The notes beneath the pieces are model-generated. The model was given only the letters and a program-made list of their open reading frames with translations, made no database searches and had not been told where the DNA came from. A stretch of 64,000 bases of DNA from Amoebophrya sp. A120 (Eukaryota; Protista; Dinoflagellata), in contig CAJINV010000001.1 in assembly GCA_905178155.1 (NCBI GenBank), positions 13,204,635 to 13,268,634 of the forward strand, written 5' to 3'. Both the position numbers and the translations under genes were made by a program. Every line of letters begins with the position of its first letter. Within the stretch, counting starts at the first letter, position 1. Of this stretch, positions 1-13,088 are shown piece by piece.

Positions 1-876
1 AATCTACGAAAAATTATTTACGATTTGTATACGTAATGGAAAATTGAAATTGAGACATCGTTAAAAATCACAATGAGTTGATACAAAGAAATCACAAACA
101 TATCATGGGACTTCGTCGAGCCATCTGCTTTACCGAGCAATGCAGACCTACTTTGTGGCTCGTTCTTGCCGTGCTCGTCCCCGCCCCGCCCTTGTCCTTG
201 AGCTTCAATGTCATATACTCTCGAACAGCGAATTTCTTGAACCAATTTGGTATTGATTTCAGTTACTCCTAGGTAAAAAACAAATTGCGAGTAAACACGA
301 ATTTTTCCTTTTGTTTTCGACGTAAACATGATGAATGACAAAAGCTGCCTAGAACGAACGAAACACGATTTTTGGGAATTACAAGTTGCCCGTTCGCAAA
401 TCCCACGCGGTTCGTTTCGATGATTGTTTTTTGCTATAAATGTAAACTACTGTTTTCGAATTGAGAAGAGCACGAGTCGAGCTCGAGGCCTCCCGTTCTT
501 CGGTTTGATGATGTATCTAGTCAGATTTTAAAAATAGTGGTATTTTTACTCTGGCATGATTAAAAGCGCGATGAGAAGATAACTGGCATATATTAATTTT
601 GGCTTTGGGTGGTACAAAAATGAATCCGCAACCACGCAGGAGGGGCCCTGATCTTGAGCAGACCGGCCTGCTCTGACACTCACTGCGAGAAGGATGTGAA
701 GGAGCTGCAAGCACCGCACCATCTGTTCCTGCACACACTGACATGCGCATTCGCATTTACTCATGGGATACGGATAGTGAATAAATCTTCACTGCAAAAT
801 TACTACAACAAGCAAGTCGCAACAGCACGAAAACTTCGAGCATTGACCGCCCTACATTTCGTCGTGTTCATTGTCG

Positions 877-3800
877 TTATGCACCCTGCGATTGGTCTCC
901 GGGCATGATTTTCAGCACGGCCTTCCGCGTTTTTGCCACTACTTCTTGCAGGTCCTTGTCGGAGTGCAGCGACGAGATGCAGAGGCGGAGCGCAGGGGTC
1001 TCCGACTCGGTCAACTGAAATCGTCGCGTCAGTGCCTTTTCCACGGATCCCCTCTGCCACAAATCCAGCACGATGCCCCTATCTGCGAGCTCTTTCTGCA
1101 GGAGGCCAAGCAGCGAATTGTTGCCTGAAACGGCTCCGCCGGAGGAGGAGTGCTGGTTTATTTTTGTTTTTCTTGAAGTTTCTATTTTCTCGCGGAGAAA
1201 AATAACGTAGCTGGCGCCCGAGATTGCCAATTTGTCTCCCACCGCATCGTCCAAGCTTCGCCGCACGGTGTCCGCATTTAGTCTGAGCTGCTGAGCGCGC
1301 TGCGCAAAGGCGCCCTTGCCCAGTCTTTCCAGCACTTCCAGGTTCCATTTGCAAGACACGCCCGGCGCCGAGGCACTGAAGCAATACCTGGTTGGTGGTT
1401 AGAGTGGCTTGCAAGCTGCGAGAATAATTCGTTCGATCATATAATTGGGAAGACATCGCCCGGGAAACAAAGGAAAACTGAATTTCATAAATTTTTCGTA
1501 TTTCTACCCGCTGCTCGTCAGGCGAAGATCGCGTATCAAAGCATGGCTGGTGGCGCAGAAGCCCCCGATTCCGGCGATGCCGTATTCCAGCGAGGCCATA
1601 ATGACGTCGATTTCGGCCACGGAAACGCCAAAATAGTCGACGATGCCGCGGGGCCCGAGCGCTCCAAAGCTGAGGCTCTCGTCGAGTGCAAGCAGAACTC
1701 CGTACCGCTTTTTCAGCTTCAGCAGCGCAGGTAGGTCCAGTATGGTGCCGTCGCAGTGGGACAAGGCTTCCGCAATCACGTACGTGTGGCCCGTGATCGT
1801 CGACGACGTGGAGGCTGCTTTCCCCTTGTCGCCTCCTCCTGCTCCGCCGGCATTCATGTTCTTCTGCTCTTTTATCCTTTCCTGCTCCGACGTCTTCAAA
1901 AGGTGTTCAAGCTCCTCGGCGTCTTTGTAAAATTTCAGTTTGAAGCCCGAGCGGTTTAGCCGCAGGCCAGCCTTCACGCCAAAATTTACGCTTTCCTGGC
2001 AAAATACACGGTCCTTCGCCAATATCATCGAGGCGAAGACACTGCTCGCAACAGTCACCGAATGGGAATACAGTACAGCTTCTTCCTGTGGAGATTGGCA
2101 CATGGTTGTAGTGTGAATTTCAGATTTGTCGTGCTACGTAGTCATCTCTGGATTTCATCTACACGTAGATAGTAGTTGTAGTTTCAAGAAAAATAACCGC
2201 GACGGAATCATCAATGTTCGTACCTTTTGAAAGAAGTCCGCAAGTCTCTGCTCCAGTAACAAGTGCTCCGTCGTGCCACCGTAAAAGCCGCGTGGGCCGC
2301 ACGCACCGAACCCGTTTTCCCATAGGTAGTCGTTGCAGACCTTCGGTAAATCCGGTGGTGGATTGATGGCGAGTCCCATGGGGTCCAGCATGCAGAAATT
2401 GCGTTTGTCTATGGTGTCGCGGCTGACGCCAGCCCAGAGACGGGCCGCCGCTTCCTTGTTTACCAGGTCGTGCATGCTGTCGTCTACGGCTGCTGTGAAC
2501 GTCGATGACATCACTGCTGCGCTCGCCCGCTGTCGACGACTGCTGGTGGAAGTACCAGTCGATTTACATGAGGAACTCGAGGATCCGCCGATCTGTTCCC
2601 GGCGGTCTCCTGGTACGAGCTGCTGTCCCCCATGCGTTTCAAGCTTCTCATGGTTCGAAGTGGCACGACTACCTGCTGCATTGAGATGATCACCACACTC
2701 ATCTTCCTCGGGTAGATCTTCCAAATTTCCGGCACAACAGGCGCCGTCGAGTAGCTCCCGCGCCAACCGGTCCGTTGCCTGCTCCTCCGGACAGCAGGAA
2801 CTCAAGATGCCAACATCCGCCTGGTGTGCCCCACCTGCTGCTGCTTCCACCTCGACCTCTTCCGGCGTAAGCTCGATGTTGCTCGGCGCGCGGGAATTCT
2901 GGTCCGCATCTTCCGAGCTGCTGGAGGTGCGCGTGTCGTGCTCTTCTTCATCGTCGGAACACGCGTCGTCGATGTTAGTGACATCTTCCTCTATTTGATG
3001 TTCCTGCCGTTGACTTATTGAAATTGTACTCGTACTACCAGCGACGATTTCTGCACCTTCTCCTTCGTTTATTGGTGTGGAAATCGAGCTCCTGTGCTCT
3101 TGATTTATTTTCTCTTTTTCATCTGCCGTTTTTGTTCTTCCTTTGCGGCGCCTCAAAGTAGTTGTCGAAGTGGAGCAGGATGCGCGACTTCTGTGCGAGG
3201 AATCCTCAGAGGTGCCCATGCTGACCGTGGTGTCCCCGAGTTCCGAGGGCTCGACACTCCGGACGTGTGTGGAGGTGCTGGTGCTCGCAGTCGTGGAGGA
3301 GGAACTGCTAGCCGATGAGAGCTTGTTCACAGTACCACCTGCACCCCCGCTCGCACCGTCTTTGGAGGCAGTAGAGGTGACTGAGGCCAATTTTCTGCCT
3401 ATCAAGTCCTCGTCGTTCTTGCTGAGTTCTTGATGCAACTCAAACACGTTGTGTAGTTCCGCATCCTGCACGACCTCCGTCGTCGTGCTGGTGGTTAGAT
3501 CCTTACTCTCGCGCCGGCTCGTGGTCGTGCTGCGTGTCGTTACTGTCGACGAGGACGCCGTCGTGCTGGAGGTGATCATATTTTTGATCGCAGCGTTGGT
3601 CACACCGCTCACATTAGAGCACACCGAAGTAAATGCCGCGTTCGCAATTATGCCCACCGCGCTGGGCGGCGCGGCCGCGCCAGCGCTGGTTTGTTCCTCC
3701 TCTAGTTGCAGGTCCCTGCTCGCGAGCTTTTCGAACAGTGGTTTCTGTGCGAAGGGCTCGACCTCCAACTTGCATTCGCGAATGTAATTGTAGTACTCCC

Positions 3801-6704
3801 AGTCTATGGACTTCGGCTGATTCTTGCAGTACAGAATGCCCAGCCGCTCGCCCTGCTCGCGCAATATTCCCAACACTTCCGACAGTTGTGCGCGCGTGTG
3901 CGCGGCGGAAATGCCTGCAATGGGGGAGAAATAATTCCTTGAGATTACTAGACTTCTTAAACGAGAATTATGGCTCCTTGGGTTGCTTTTTGAAAATTCT
4001 TGAAGTCCTTGAACGAAGATTGAAATTCTTGAAGGTGAGAACAAAGCATAAAAATCGTACAGAATCTTGCCCGGTTCAAAAGAAACGGCGTTGCGGGGTA
4101 ACCCACCACGACAATGGCGACGCCCAGGTCAAGACACCGCTTGCTCAACTCCAACATGCCGAGCGGGTCCATCAACACGGGGATCACGGGAGAGTCGACG
4201 TCACCGAGCACCTTTTGATGGTTGTTGATATGAAATTCCAAAGGACCTGAAACAAACGCCCAACTCAGCCGCTTAAAGACCCGTAAAGCAAAAGCAGATC
4301 ATCGCAATCGAAATTCTGTAATTTTCTACCTACAGCACCTCGTCGTGTTGTTCAAAATCGAAAATTCTACCTACTTAAACCTAATGTTGTCCTTCGAAAT
4401 CGAGAAATCAGAGGCTAACATCATTTTCATCGTAGAATTATACGCAGTAGCCCATTTTCTGTAGCTCTTCCCTGAAATAGTTGCTGTTTTCGCGGATGCT
4501 CTTCAGCTTCGCGGCACCTTTTATCGGATCCAGCTGGATGACGTGCAGCGCCGCATACGCTTGCGCCGCGCATATGGAAGCGTCAGGTTTGAAATCGTCA
4601 AAGTTGAAATAATTTGTAATGCATAAAATGCATGACCCGAGGCACGTGCGTTGCAGAGCAGGCAAGTGAGGCCGATTGTAAGCCTGTTGGGGGCTACAGC
4701 TCGAGCTGCTAAAGTAGCATGAGAAAATCACTCTTCTTTGCCTAAACAGCATGACAAACTGGATTTAGGGACCACCGAAATTTGTCATGCACCACTTGGA
4801 AACTGGGTTCCAACTGGCATCCATTTTATGCATGACAAATTATTTCAACTTTGTCGATTTCAACTCTGACACATCCATAGCGCAAGCCGGCGACATGGAA
4901 ACGCTGAAGCCGCTGCTGGCTGCGTTTTTCCTCAGAGAATCGATGACGACTTTGTCCCCCGCGATGTAGCCCCCGGCGGAACCGAAGGATTTCGTGAAAG
5001 TGCCCATCAACACATCTATCTTCCCCGTCGGCACGTTCAGCAACTCGGAAACGCCACGACCACTTTTCCCCACCGCGCCGATGCTATGTGCTTCGTCCAA
5101 ATACAGGTAGGCCCCGTACTTGTTCTTCAGTGCGACCGTCTCGCGCAACCGGCAGAAATCCCCCTCCATACTGTAAATGCCCTCCACGATCACAATGATC
5201 TTTCGCCACGGCCTTTTTGTTTCGGTTGTTACCTCCACGCCGGCAGGAGTTGTGCTACCGCTGGAATAAGAAGCACTTTTCGAGGAGCTACTAGAGCTGG
5301 TGGCGGTGCTAAAGGTTCTCGCAATCTTGGCGGCCTCGGTTTTTGTTAACCCTTGGCTCATCTGGCGTTCCAGGCACGCTTCCCGCAATTTCGCCTCCAG
5401 ATCCACCATGTCATTGTGCGCAAACGGGCGCACGGTCACGCCGGACATGCGGACGCCCTCGACGATAGAGCGGTGGTTCAGGATGTCCGACAAGATCAGG
5501 CAGCCCTTCCCGTTGCCCTCGGGATCGACCAGGGCCGGGATGTGGATACTGTTCGTTGCAAACCCCATCCCGTAGACGAGCGCATCCTCCTTGCCGAGAA
5601 AATCGGCTATCTTGGCCTCCAGCTCCAAGTGGATGCGCCGTGTTCCGGCGTGCCCGCCGCGCGCCGCACACGTGCTGAAGCCGCAGGGCCCGGCGATGCA
5701 ATTGGCAACAAACTCGGTGCAGAAGTTGTCCACGCCGCCGAACCCGAGGTAGTTGTAGGACGCCAGATTAGTGGACAGAACCTGATAGTTGTAAATAATG
5801 GATCAAGCAGAGAAAATATTCTTCGCTCGTCCCCTCTTCGAAATCAAAGCGAACCATCTTAAAGCTTTTTGATTTCGACCCAGAAACTCGGCCAACATAT
5901 ATTGATAGTAGATACCATGACCTGAAAGTTTTCTCGTGCTAGTACCTCCTCCCCTGTCAGTTCCAGTGGTTTAAGTGGGTCAAAGAACGTTTGGCTCTTC
6001 CTTTCTCTTTTCACCACTTTCACATATGCAGCTGGGGAACTGGAGATAGGCCTGTTCCAGCAGTCGGCCAGGGAGCCGTAACCATGCTCGATGAAATATC
6101 CTGAGTAAAAACGTACCCACACCATAGTTGTCATGCAGATTTGCCATGACAGGAACATTTGTGATGCGCAACCCCATGACAGGCATTTTCAATCGTGTTT
6201 GGGAACTTGTAATGCTGTAAACAGGATTAGAAGGTCGATTTGTGATGCGGCCTTCCTTGCTAACTTGCACTACCTTACGGACTGAAACTTGTCATGCGTG
6301 ACTCCTAAAACTCCTAGGTTTGTGTTGCAAAATCCCCATCTTGACTCTGGTGTGGGTATGTTTTTACTCAGGATATGAAAACCGCCTCCAGACCCGGCCG
6401 TCTGCGTTTTCGGTAGGAATACCCGGGCTCAATCCGAAGCACCGACTGCAACCACCAGACCTGTACGTAGTTTTCCATCGATCTCTGTCTAAGTCTATGT
6501 CAATCTCAATGCAGAGTTTCATGGAATTAAAATACAAATTGACCATGCTGAGTTGCATGGAATTCAAATACAAAAGAAAACAAGAAGTACCGCCTCCTTT
6601 ATTAGTGCGAGCGTGAAGACGTAAACGTAGCTCCAAATGGTCATCAGCGCCCCCCAATAGGTGAGGCTGATCTCCTGCGGTCGGAACCTGGTAAATTCCG
6701 CCAT
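877..6704 (-). CDS. LCB2-LCB1 (SPT): Fused serine palmitoyltransferase: N-terminal LCB2 (catalytic) domain, ~440-aa low-complexity linker, C-terminal LCB1 domain; multi-exon
   Basis: LCB2 motifs: DCWNRPISS, NLASYNYLGF, EGIYSMEG, YLDEAHSIGAVG, GTFTKSFGSAGGYIAG (PLP lysine), GDVDSPVIP, RARFC/ISAAHT. LCB1 motifs: GFGACGPRGFYGG, LDESLSFGALG, ASLEYGIAGIGGF (no lysine), GYCFSASAP. GT-AG introns at 6461-6590, 3915-4060, 2086-2223 and 1388-1507, plus two near 5782-5945 and 4212-4443. TIR introns at 6097-6375 and 4573-4879. The start codon is uncertain and an upstream exon is possible. Confidence 0.93.
4573..4879. mobile_element. TIR intron-like element, family C (307 bp), in SPT
   Basis: ~57-bp imperfect TIR: TATGGAAGCGTCAGGTTTGAAATCGTCAAAGTTGAAATAATTTGTAATGCATAAAATG ... 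CATTTTATGCATGACAAATTATTTCAACTTTGTCGATTTCAACTCTGACACATCCATA. Flanking 5-bp repeat GCGCA at 4568-4572 and 4880-4884. Removal gives MSPACAAQAYAAL in frame. Confidence 0.92.
6097..6375. mobile_element. TIR intron-like element, family B (279 bp), in SPT
   Basis: TIR TATCCTGAGTAAAAACGTACCCACACCA ... TGGTGTGGGTATGTTTTTACTCAGGATA. Flanking repeat TGAAA at 6092-6096 and 6376-6380. Removal gives GLEAVFIEHGYGSLADCWNRP. Related to 48571-48855 and 49994-50278 but inverted relative to them. Confidence 0.93.
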
Positions 6705-9334
6705 GGCTGCTTGCGCCGCCGGAGGCCGCACCTGATCGTCACACAAAAAATGGAGAACGGCTGCTGTCTACAACCCGCTCCTTTCTTTTCAGCCGCTACG
6801 ACGAGTCGTCACAGCATCTTGGTTTATGCTGTCGTATTTTTTGCTCTGCCCCACGACGACGAGACAGAACCAACACGGTGTTGTTGACCTCGACCCGCAG
6901 CCAAAAAATGTTGTACCATAGCCAGGCACGACGATACGGGCACCTTTCGGTCGTCGTGTAATTCTCCCTATCAAATAAATCGAGTTCGTGAAGAATGAAG
7001 CGAGAAGAAAAAGCGGCATCAGAAGAAACGAAGCGAACTCGCATACAAACAGAAAAACGATCACAAAGTCCTACGTCCAACATCTGGAAACTTCGCTCGG
7101 GTTACAACCACGACTCTAGTACTCTCGCCCGCATTTCACTTCTGATCAAGAACACCAGTTGGTCTCGCGATGACCTTAGGCTGGAGACTTGCCCGCGTGT
7201 CGATGCGGAAGTAGCGAGTACGATTTTTCGATTCCGAAAGTAAGATAGTGCGCAAGAAAAATTCGCTGTGGTCACGTTTCAGAGAGACTGAGGCCGCGAT
7301 GTTTTTTATTCAGGTGCGTCCTCTAACCTCGATTATCCTGCTCTCGCAAATGCATAACGTGGACATCAAACAACTGAAAAATTCTTGAGCCTACCCTCCC
7401 AAATGACTAGCGATGGCAGATCAATAAGCAACCGCCTTTCGTACTATTTCCAGCAAGCCGTCGTCTTCTTCATTACCATTGTGGCTATTGTGCGTGGCTC
7501 GTGGGATTGATAGTCCTGCTGCTGTTACTCTTAGTACCTGGTGCTGGTGGTCAATCGGAGTGATAAATTCTGCGTTCTTTCCGTTCTAAATGTTGCAATT
7601 GCTAACTTTGCTACGCCAACCAATGTTAGTCCCGATTCATTTTTGTCTAACACCGTCTTTGCAGTGAGTCGCTGTTTTTTGTTCGATAAATGTGTTTCGC
7701 CCGCTGCCTCCGATTACATCGGCTCCTGCGGCTTCTGCGTTCGAAGAATCCCGAAGCGCTTTTTGCACGCTATTCTCTGCGCGGAAAACCTGCGATTGGT
7801 TTAGGTTTGGTGATAAAAATTGCTTACATCACATCCTTTTCGTTTCAATGCAAAGTCAGACGTGCAGCCATGGATGTGTGACCATCTGGGAATAAAGATA
7901 GACGTGGGATCTTCAAGCAGGCAACATCATACAAAAAGAAATCAATGCCAGCAGATCATGAAACGAAAAAATAAATGCGAAAAATCTTTACTTGTCATCC
8001 GGCGAGAAGCGAGCTGGGTGCGCGGAGTAGGTCGGAGTTCCATCCGGGGCTTTGTTGTTGGTCGTGTAGACACGATCGCCCTTCGAATCCAAGTAGTACC
8101 GCAGCAACATGTTTTCTGTTTCTTTTTGTTTTGAAAATACAGATGCGAATAAATGAATCAATCAGTTTTAGCAACGTAAATAGTGTTTTTCGAGTTTCTG
8201 ACTGCGCTCGCAAAGTTAGTAATAATCAATAGCTCGTGATGAAAAATAAAGAGTAGAGAGAAAATATAGCGGAGCTGCAACTTCAAAAAGTACACAACTT
8301 CCAACAAGCAACTCCCTGGGAAATCAATCGCAAACACAATAATGTTGAGAGGGTTTCACTACACGCTACGGTATGACTCGCTTGGGTAGTATTTGATCGC
8401 CAGCGAAAATTTTCACGACCGAAATGATGAAGGGAACTCGAACTGGAGGATCTTGATCTTCTACCTTGCTTCGATTATTTGATCCGGTTGGTGTTGCATC
8501 TTCGCTCGCTCTTTATGTTTATCATCTTTTGCGACGTCTAGACTGATAATAATTTCTGGATCGAGTACAAACACGTTTATCTTTTCTGGTGCCTTTTTAG
8601 CACCAGGATCGATCCGTGTCTTCAAAGGACACGTCAACACCTTCGACTTGCTCTTGCAAGATGGTACGACCACGAAATGAGATCGCGTAACAAAGCGAGA
8701 AATTATGATCTTGCTTTATGGGTCCACAAATGCATTCCGAATAAGCACTATCATAATTTACCGACTATTTAGGATCGATTTTCCTGTTTTTGTTGAATCC
8801 AACACAGCCTCAGCGAGTGAACGACTGGCACTGCTGATGTGGTCACGTGGTGTGCGATAAAGATAACGCGTTTAGCTGCGTGGTACGTGGTCAACATTGT
8901 CCACGATTACTTTTGTTCTGTTTCTTCATAATAACTGTGTCGCTATTGATTTCGTCGTGAATGAATCGTCGGGTTGGAAAATTTACTTCGATGTATAGGT
9001 TTCTCTGAAGCGCCTGCGCTGACGGCTCAGTCTTCGGGGTAGAAGTGCCATCGAGGGGGTACCTCAACGTAGCTCGTTATTTTCCTTCAGTACTACAACA
9101 AGCAATTTTAACTTTATTGCTTGAAGCATAACTTAAACTTTTTCGCGTACTTACGTGTTTATTTTCTGGCTGTCCTTGGTAAGAGTTCCATGTCTCTTGG
9201 TTTTGTCTTCTTGGAAAAATCCGACTCGGAACCAACAAGCGCTACTCGAACTGAAGTTGCCCGTGGATGGGAGCGACATGAGCATGACAGAAGATCCCGA
9301 TGCGCATTGCTCTCGGAGGTCGTGGTGCGGGGGC

Positions 9335-12300
9335 TCACAGTTCCTTTTTTGGTTCTGAAGCAGCTGGGTCCTCCGCCTCGTCGACCGAGGGAGCGCCGAC
9401 GTCTTTAAAAGGAATGCTCGAACAGAATTTGGACGTGCCGAACTCGTTTTTCGTAAACGTGGCCAAATGCGTGTATCGCCACGACTCCCCGTCCCCGTTC
9501 AGCTCCGCCCGGTCCAGCAAGAGCGTCGCTTCCTTTTTCTCCAGTTTCTCTTCCGGGATGAGCTTGTAGTTGGAGGCCTTGTGGCACGTCTTGTCCGTAC
9601 TCAGGTAAACGGCGACTTGCACGTTCTTTGGGAACGGTTTTTCGTAATCCATTGCGACGGTGATGTAGTTGGCCTCAGACGCAGCATCTTCAGTGATGGC
9701 TTTCACTTTCGGGGGGCAGTCAGTGCTCTTTGCTCGGTCGCTACCTGGTAAACGTTTCAGTTCACAAATTTATCTTCAGCTGTCGTCGTGCGTCGTGCAA
9801 TTTGGATCCACTCTGGCAAAACGACCGAGATCTTTCACCAAGAGCGGGGGCGGGGAAACAACGAGGGAGACAAACAAGAACGGGAAAAATCATGTTTGAC
9901 CCCCAAGGAGGACGTCGTGGTCGACGCAAGTGAAGCTGCTGCTGTGCCGATTTCGCATCAGGAAAAAGATCCCTCCAAATCCAAAGTTGATTATGATACC
10001 ACCTCGGGCGAAGATGATGGCGGACGAGCGAGAAGTAGAACGTCGTGGAGGTGTTGTGGATGTAGCGCTTATTATAAAATTTTTGCCTCGAAGTTTCCGT
10101 CGTGATGAAGTAGAACGTTTTGTCTTCCTCTTCGCGCTCGCGACAGGCGAGTCAGGGAAAGAGATAGTAGCTCAAAATCGCGGCAAGCCCTGCTGTTGCG
10201 GAAATGGCGACAACGCGTTGTCGTTTCTCGAGCGCCCGCCACGGTAGTATCATAATCAACACTGCGAACGTCAGCACAGCCCATTTTTTGTTGTCGTCTG
10301 TTTTTGGTCACAGCTGATAGAAAAGAACCAACCACGGGGTCTGGCCACGATTGACGCAACAAACCAAAAGAAGAAAAAGACTGCGGGAGACTTGCTCGGT
10401 GTCGCTCCTAAAACACGGCTTTCTTACGAGAATGCGCATCGCAAAGATACTTAATTTGGTGAATGACGACAAGCACAAGCAATACTCTACTAGCAATAGC
10501 ATAGGCAAACCTGTATTGAATTGAAAATACCTGAGCACGGCTTTTGCGCATCCACTATGTCGATGTAGATAAAGGCATCCCGATTCTCGCCCCACGTGTT
10601 TTTACTGTAGGCAATAATTCCGGTGGCGCCCGTAGGCATTGCTTTGTCCGTCATAACATATTTGGTCGTGCTGCCGTCCGTTAGTGCCGTCACTGCCGTT
10701 ATGTAGGACTCGTTGTTGGTCCGCGTCACTTTGCCGTTCTTTGCTTTCTTTCCTGTTTTTTTGGTATTTGCAGTGATGTGATATCGTGTCTTGGCAATGC
10801 TAAAGGTAAAATCCACGCGGCTGCGACTTCTGGAAACGATCAAAATAAAGAAGCGATACACATAAAACAGGAGGATTGGCAGCTCTTGCAAAAGCATGCC
10901 CAAAAAATTTTCAAAGTTTTTCTTTCTTCTTCTACTGGACTGCAAATCAAACATCGAGTACCAAAGTAGAGCGCAATTTCTTTGATCGTGGGGTCCACGG
11001 GGGTTACGATTTCGACCTCACCGGACAGCTTTTGCGGGTCGCCATTGGTGTCGGCAAATTTCACTGCTATCGGCCCCTCTTTCGGCACATACGCGTCCTC
11101 CACAGTTTTAAAGGTCGCGTTTTGCAGCACGCCGAAGGAATTTTTCGGGTACACAGCAAAGGCCCTGAATATTGGCACGATAATTTCACTCGCATAGTTG
11201 AGACGGTGTCTTTGTGCGAAATGCGCAAGTCCCTCAAGTTGACCATAAACAAAAACGCATTTTTGTGCTCAGTGCGTGGTGCGTTCATAATGAATCCAAT
11301 CTGCGACACATAAACTTTCGCGGGAAGAAAATGAAAATCACATCACGGCGAAATACATTTCTTCATCGTGTGCCATGTATTCCAGAGGCTTCAATCCAGC
11401 CAGCGATTTTGTCGTGTATTTGCTCAAGCGGTTTACAGGAACTTCCGCGAGCGTCAAGAAGCTGTCAGCACTTCGGTCGGCGGTGATGGTACGGCCGTAC
11501 TTTACCACAAAGCTTTCGACGTGGTAGGTGTCTTTCAGCTCGATCTGATGTCATCGTCCGATTGTGTATTTTTTTTGGCGAATTTCGGTTCCGTTCGTGC
11601 TTGTTTCATTAAATAACAGATTCACATTGAAACGAAAAAAAACCTCCGATAGAAATCCCAGGCGAGCAGATTATATTCAATATTCTTCTATACCTTCAGC
11701 TCTCCGTCCATAACTCCGACGTCCATATTTGTATCGGTAAACTGCACACTTATCGGCTTATCCTTTGGTGGGCCGCTGCAGTAGTTTCCGGACGCTACCG
11801 GCTGATCCCAGTCCGTGCAGGTGGTGCAGTTGCCTAAGCACTTGTCACTGGTCGGGCAGTAGACCTTTTCTAGTGCCAGGCAGGTCTTTTCAGAGTGCGC
11901 GACCGCAGACCTGGAATAATCAAATTGTTCAATGCAAAGATCATTTGTGTACTAGTTCAGACCTTGAGTAATTCGAAAGCGGCAAGCATCAGGAAACACA
12001 AGCAGACGAAGGGAAGGCAGGATCATGTAAGTTCTTAGTCTTACCCGTGATCTTCCTTATCGAGCTCCTCTTGTCTGGTGAGGTCCATTCTCCCGGTGCC
12101 CTTTTTCTTCTTGTCCAGCAACAGTCGCGGCCATCGACGCATGCGTTTCTTTGCCAGGATCGCCGTGAACCGGCCCACGCTCGCCGCTGACCACGTGGAA
12201 TCCCTCTCGTCGATCGCGTCAAAGCAATCGAGGTTAAGCGAGTATTCGTACTTGTTCCCACTGTGCTCGCCGCTCGCGGTAAACGAGAAAACGTTGTCGT

Positions 12301-13088
12301 TGAAGACGACCTGGTATGAAGATTTTACTTCGAGAAAAGCTCACGGGAGTAGAAACGTGTAGGAATCAAACGCACTGTGGCATGTATTTCATGGCTTTGG
12401 TCCTCCTTGTTGTGATTGAATTGTGGCTTATCCTTATTGGACACTATTTCTATTCCCAAAAGGAATATAATACCTGCGGATCTTTCACATTGACAGCCCC
12501 TGGTGCGTCCCATTTTACGCTGTACTTGATGGTCAAAAAAATGTGCGTGTCGCTTTGAGCCCAGCGGAAAACCGGAACCACTTTCTGCTTTTCATGGTAT
12601 TTTGGGTTTAGATACCGAATCAGCTCGTCTGCTTTGTTCCGGACGTCTTTCACGGCTTTTCGCACCGCAAACGAAAGATCCACACTCTGCTTGTGCGATT
12701 CGGCTACGATTTCCGTAGCAAGGTCCCAAAAGTGGTTCCGGACCACGTACCTGATGAAAGGTGATGAATTACATAGTGTTGTTGTTGCGACCAGGACAAA
12801 ATTAGGCATTCACAGAAATGCTCACGGTGCAGCAGAATTGATGTATGCAAAAACATAAACAACAAAGCGGCTATTCCACTGCATAATGCGTCTCATGAAA
12901 GAGACGCCATGTCGTGCAATCATATTATAATACTCGATATCCGCAGCGTCCAACTTCGATAAGGTGCCGAATACTGGCTGCAATCTCGCGCGCGCGTCTT
13001 GCTCCGTCTGAATAGTATCATCGAGCAACGTCTTCGCCAAAGCAACCGAAGCACAGGCGCCGAAGATTGACAACGCGCGCGGAAACAT
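9335..13088 (-). CDS. Signal-peptide CS (p23/Hsp20-like) domain protein with repeated beta-rich modules and C-terminal KKEL; multi-exon; paralog 1
   Basis: N-terminus MFPRALSIFGACASVALA. CS-like motif VPVFRWAQSDTHIFLTIKYSVKWDAPG. Repeated modules PISVQFTDTNMDVGVMDGEL and PIAVKFADTNGDPQKLSGEV. Ends EPKKEL*. The junctions I checked are GT-AG. Confidence 0.72.
9986..10260. repeat. Inverted repeat pair ~275 bp apart inside a long intron
   Basis: GTTGATTATGATACCACC (9986-10003) versus GGTAGTATCATAATCAAC (10243-10260): 17/18 complementary. No flanking direct repeat. Confidence 0.7.

Noticed and set aside
6789-8700. Short minus-strand ORFs upstream of SPT
   Set aside because: I could not assemble them into a convincing gene or a 5' SPT exon.
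10764-10960. Possible TAC-repeat intron with a 9-bp inverted repeat
   Set aside because: A canonical GT...CAG intron gives LYFGKKAKNGK in phase and is the simpler explanation.
11170-11381. Apparent non-canonical intron with an AATA direct repeat and a short TGGCAC inverted repeat
   Set aside because: It needed the wrong upstream frame. A GT-AG intron (~11165-11356) gives HDEEMAFAVYPKN in the correct frame.
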